This document shows, piece after piece, positions 28,658-32,000 of a stretch of 32,000 nucleotides of DNA; the stretch's first letter is position 1, and each line of letters begins with the position of its first letter. Under the pieces are notes generated by a model. The model saw only the letters and a list, made by a program, of their open reading frames with translations. It was not told the DNA's origin and searched no databases. The stretch comes from Pasteurella multocida (GTDB lineage: Bacteria > Pseudomonadota > Gammaproteobacteria > Enterobacterales > Pasteurellaceae): positions 1,290,001-1,322,000 of the forward strand of contig NZ_LT906458.1 of assembly GCF_900187275.1 (NCBI RefSeq), read 5' to 3'. A program made the translations under genes and the position numbers.

Positions 28658-29401
28658 TTAAACACCAAATGAAAAATGTGTTTTGATGTTATTTGCGAAG
28701 ACGGTTGGCTGCTCCACATGAGCATTATGTCCTGCCTCCTGAATAACAACCAATGGTAATTTTGTCTGCTCTGCCATTTGTTTAAATTTATAGTCTTTTT
28801 CGCCACAAAAATAGTAAATCGGAAACGTGGATGCAATCAGGTAAGGACGAAAATCAGGTTGTTTGGCTAAACTGGTGGCGAGCAACATATTCGCGATATG
28901 TTCACCACAATGTATAGCACGTTTTTGAATCAAATCTTGGCGGGCCTGTGGCGTGAGATGTGAGAAAACCGGTTGTTGATACCAATCTTCAAGAACGGAC
29001 GCCATCGGTTCTGTTCTAAAACGTGTTGCCCAAGCAAGATCTTGTTGCCAACGTATTTTTCTCTCTTCATTGTGCTGTAAACCTAAATTCGCCCCTTCTA
29101 AGATCAATCCATGTAAGTGGTGTTTTGCATTCGTCTTAGACAAATAGGCAAAAGCGTAATACAACGCAATACGCCCTCCTAAAGAATAGCCGACCAAATA
29201 ATAAGGTTGATCACCTAGCTGTTGTAGTTGTTGCTCTACATAAGCACAAGTTTGTTCAAAATCTGTTACACATACGGTTTTCGCGTTATCGTGAAAAGGT
29301 AAATCTAAAGCAAGACAGGAAAAGTGCGGTAAATTTTCAATCACTTTTTGCCAATCGTGCTTGCTCCCTAATAAGCCATGTAAAAAAACAAAAACAGGCA
29401 T
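28658..29401 (-). CDS. menH: MenH, 2-succinyl-6-hydroxy-2,4-cyclohexadiene-1-carboxylate synthase (alpha/beta hydrolase)
   Basis: FVFLHGLLGSKHDW, nucleophile GYSLGGRIALYYA, catalytic His region EAGHNAHVEQP; adjacent to menD. Confidence 0.93.
   Translation of the reverse strand: MPVFVFLHGLLGSKHDWQKVIENLPHFSCLALDLPFHDNAKTVCVTDFEQTCAYVEQQLQQLGDQPYYLVGYSLGGRIALYYAFAYLSKTNAKHHLHGLILEGANLGLQHNEERKIRWQQDLAWATRFRTEPMASVLEDWYQQPVFSHLTPQARQDLIQKRAIHCGEHIANMLLATSLAKQPDFRPYLIASTFPIYYFCGEKDYKFKQMAEQTKLPLVVIQEAGHNAHVEQPTVFANNIKTHFSFGV
29322..29330 (+). other. DNA uptake signal core AAGTGCGGT in menH
   Basis: Exact 9-mer. Confidence 0.75.
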
Positions 29402-29442
29402 TCTGACTCCTTAAAAAATGCCCGCCAAGCGAGCATTTATTT

Positions 29443-31149
29443 TTATTCACCGATCACCGCATAGCTAATTTGCTCAATCAGGCGCTTATAAATCGTACTG
29501 GCATCACTCGCCCCCACTTTAATCTCAATTAATGTGGTTTCACGGCGTGAATAGGCAACTTTTAATACCGCGCCTAAATCTGCCCAAGTATAAGGACGTG
29601 CATATTTTAAATCAAAGGTTTGCGCGAGCTGTGAAAACTCTAAATGATGTGGCATGCGATAATACTTTTCTTTCACATCCGCCTCAACAGGCAACATATC
29701 AAAAATCGCACCACCATTATTATTGATCACAAAAATGATGGTCGGTTGAGTGACTTTTTTAAACAACGCAAGGGAATTAATGTCGTAAAGGGCAGACACA
29801 TCCCCGATCATCGAGACTAAAGGTTGATTTGCACCAATCCCAATGCCTGCGGCGGTGGCTAAAAGACCATCAATACCACTTGCTCCACGGTTCGTATAAA
29901 CAGGATAACCTTCTGGTAATTTCGCTAACGCATCGACTAAACGAACAAATAAACTGTTGCCTAAAAATAAAATGCCGTTGTTGGATAAAATACGGTCTAA
30001 ATGGTGAGCTAATGATGCCTCATTTAAATTACCACCGACTTGTTTCTCAATAAAACTGGCGCAGAATTTAGACAGCGCAAGGGGTTCAAGTAACCACGGT
30101 TTTTGGCGCAATGGCGGATGTGCACGTAACCAATGATGCACTTTCGCATTAAAGCGTGTATGTGCATGATGATTTGGGTCGATTAAGCCCGTACTTTGTT
30201 CAACAATCCAATATTCTTGTTTAAAGGCTGCTAAGAATTGATTCACACGTTTACTAATAAACCCAGAGCCAAATTGAATAACAATATCCGCTTGTAATAA
30301 TTTTTGCTTAACTGTTTGATTCGCTAACCAAATATCTGCATAAGGTAAACTGGCTTCAACACTCGATTGAACATCTGTTAAAGCAATCCAGCCCATAGTA
30401 TTTGCCCAAGCCATAATGCCCATAGTTTGTTCCACGGGTAATCGCCCAACAACAATGACTCCTCGCATCGTCCGCCAATGATCCCAATTGGCGTGCATCA
30501 AAACTTCTTTCTGATCTGTTTGTTGTTGTATCCAAGGTTTATGTTGGTTTAACCAACGTTGAATAGGCACCAGCCAACTATGTGCCTCGATATCTGTTTC
30601 ACTGGCTTCATAAAGGGGCTCAGCAAAAGGCACATTAACATGAACAACACCGGGTTGACGGGCTTGTTGATAACAGGCTTGCTCTAAACGAGAAATTAAC
30701 CAATCGGCGCTGTAATCTTGACTTGGGCGCGGTAAATTAACACTTGCAACAGGATAATCCGCATACATATGCGGTTGTACAATCGCTTGATTTGCCCCGC
30801 ATTCGATCAATTCTGGAGGACGATCAGCAGTAAGAACAATCAGATTTACTCCCGTTTGACGCGCTTCAATAATAGCAGGATATAGATTCGCCGCTGCCGT
30901 GCCAGAGGTGACGATTACGGCAACAGGCTTTTTGCTGACTTTTGCCAATCCTAACGCAAAAAAACCAAGTCCACGTTCATCAAAGTGAGTGTGGCAAGTC
31001 ACACGATGACTATCTTGCAAACGTATCGCTTCCAAAGTCAGAGGAGTAGAACGAGATCCTGGTGCAATACAAAAATGCGCAACACCTTGGCGAACCAGGG
31101 TTTCCAAAATCACTTTTGACCAACAACGATTAAATACGCTTATTGACAT
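29443..31149 (-). CDS. menD: MenD, SEPHCHC synthase (ThDP-dependent)
   Basis: 568 aa; FCIAPGSRSTPLTLEA, VTSGTAAANLYPA, NRGASGIDGLLATAAGIG, MIGDVSALYDINSL. Confidence 0.96.
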   Translation of the reverse strand: MSISVFNRCWSKVILETLVRQGVAHFCIAPGSRSTPLTLEAIRLQDSHRVTCHTHFDERGLGFFALGLAKVSKKPVAVIVTSGTAAANLYPAIIEARQTGVNLIVLTADRPPELIECGANQAIVQPHMYADYPVASVNLPRPSQDYSADWLISRLEQACYQQARQPGVVHVNVPFAEPLYEASETDIEAHSWLVPIQRWLNQHKPWIQQQTDQKEVLMHANWDHWRTMRGVIVVGRLPVEQTMGIMAWANTMGWIALTDVQSSVEASLPYADIWLANQTVKQKLLQADIVIQFGSGFISKRVNQFLAAFKQEYWIVEQSTGLIDPNHHAHTRFNAKVHHWLRAHPPLRQKPWLLEPLALSKFCASFIEKQVGGNLNEASLAHHLDRILSNNGILFLGNSLFVRLVDALAKLPEGYPVYTNRGASGIDGLLATAAGIGIGANQPLVSMIGDVSALYDINSLALFKKVTQPTIIFVINNNGGAIFDMLPVEADVKEKYYRMPHHLEFSQLAQTFDLKYARPYTWADLGAVLKVAYSRRETTLIEIKVGASDASTIYKRLIEQISYAVIGE

Positions 31150-31161
31150 ATCTGTTCCCTT

Positions 31162-32000
31162 TTATAATTGATTCTGTTGCAATAACGATACTAAGCCCAT
31201 AGCTTTACGCTCAATCTCTCGCCATTCTAACAATGGAATAGAGCCTTCAACAATCCCAGCCCCAGCAAAAACACATAATTGACTGTCATTTTCTGCCTGT
31301 TCAATAAAAGCAGAGCGTATCGTGACACAAAAATCCGCATACGCGGGTCCCATAACGCCCAATGTCCCCGCATACCAAGTGCGGTCGAAATTTTCTAATT
31401 TTCGTAACGCCTGTTTAGCTTCCAATTGAGGTAACCCCGCCACCGCTGCAGTCGGGTGCATCGCAAGTAAGATGTCTTTATCCCCACAACCTGCTTTTAG
31501 TTGTGCCGAAATTCGGCGTCGTAAATGTTGTACTTTACGGAGTTTTTTAAGTTCGACCTTTTCTATCGTAATTTGTTGCACAAAGGGCTGTAAATTTTGG
31601 CAAATGCCATCCACAACCAATTGATTTTCATATTCGTTTTTCTTGTCGTGCAACAACCAATCACTTTGCTGTTGATTTTGTTGTTCATCTTCCCCCATAA
31701 ACGCGGTGCCCGCTAAGGCTTCCGTTTTTAATTGTAAACCGTGACGACGATACAATAATTCTGGGCTAGAACCAATAAAGGCACGCTGTTCACTTTCTGC
31801 TAACATAAAGTGATAACAACCTAGATTATATTTCTCACTTTCCGCTAACAAATCCGTTGCGGCTAACGGCGCCGCTGTTTTAAAGCAACGCTCATTCGCT
31901 AAAACAATTTTACTTAACTCGCCTTGTTTAATTTTTTGCAAGCCTTGTTCAACCCAACGGCACCATTCTGCCTGATCGGCTTTTTGCGAAATGAGGCTTA
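31162..32000 (-). CDS. menF: Isochorismate synthase MenF, C-terminal part; the frame runs off the window edge
   Basis: GSSPELLYRR, EALAGTA, HPTAAVAGLP, FDRTWYAGTLGVMG, CVFAGAGIVEGS; the frame stays open (SLISQKADQAEWCRWVEQG) beyond the called start at 31941. Confidence 0.93.
   Translation of the reverse strand, partial: SLISQKADQAEWCRWVEQGLQKIKQGELSKIVLANERCFKTAAPLAATDLLAESEKYNLGCYHFMLAESEQRAFIGSSPELLYRRHGLQLKTEALAGTAFMGEDEQQNQQQSDWLLHDKKNEYENQLVVDGICQNLQPFVQQITIEKVELKKLRKVQHLRRRISAQLKAGCGDKDILLAMHPTAAVAGLPQLEAKQALRKLENFDRTWYAGTLGVMGPAYADFCVTIRSAFIEQAENDSQLCVFAGAGIVEGSIPLLEWREIERKAMGLVSLLQQNQL

Overview
Pasteurellaceae-like chromosome segment; the Hin-type uptake signal core AAGTGCGGT/ACCGCACTT is present. 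Left flank (+): 3' end of lepA, then lepB, rnc and era. Right flank (-): menH, menD and a partial menF. Between era and menH lies a ~25 kb two-partner-secretion (TPS) island on the minus strand. It holds two tandem, diverged tpsB-tpsA modules of the LspA/IbpA-like large exoprotein type. The copies are separated by a 111-bp orphan copy of the 3' end of era (18454-18564), which records how the island was duplicated or inserted. Both TpsA proteins carry an ESPR/TPS secretion domain, a K/E/Q-rich coiled-coil, FHA-type repeats, a tyrosine/proline-motif linker and a YopT-like (C58) cysteine-protease domain. The linker motifs include YEEI, ITIM-like S-x-Y-x-x-V, EPIYA-like sites, RPLPPIP, and a 300-bp tandem repeat in copy 1. 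Copy 1 also has a ~945-aa C-terminal extension with a HELTH zincin-like motif, two copies of an uncharacterised ~75-aa module and terminal EPIYA-like motifs. Three of the four TPS genes are interrupted as given: tpsA1 by an in-frame TAG plus a -1 frameshift, tpsA2 by a +1 frameshift, and tpsB2 by an in-frame TGA in the signal peptide. Only tpsB1 is intact. These may be recent inactivations or sequence errors and should be checked. All domain calls were made by reading the sequence and motifs; no database search was run.
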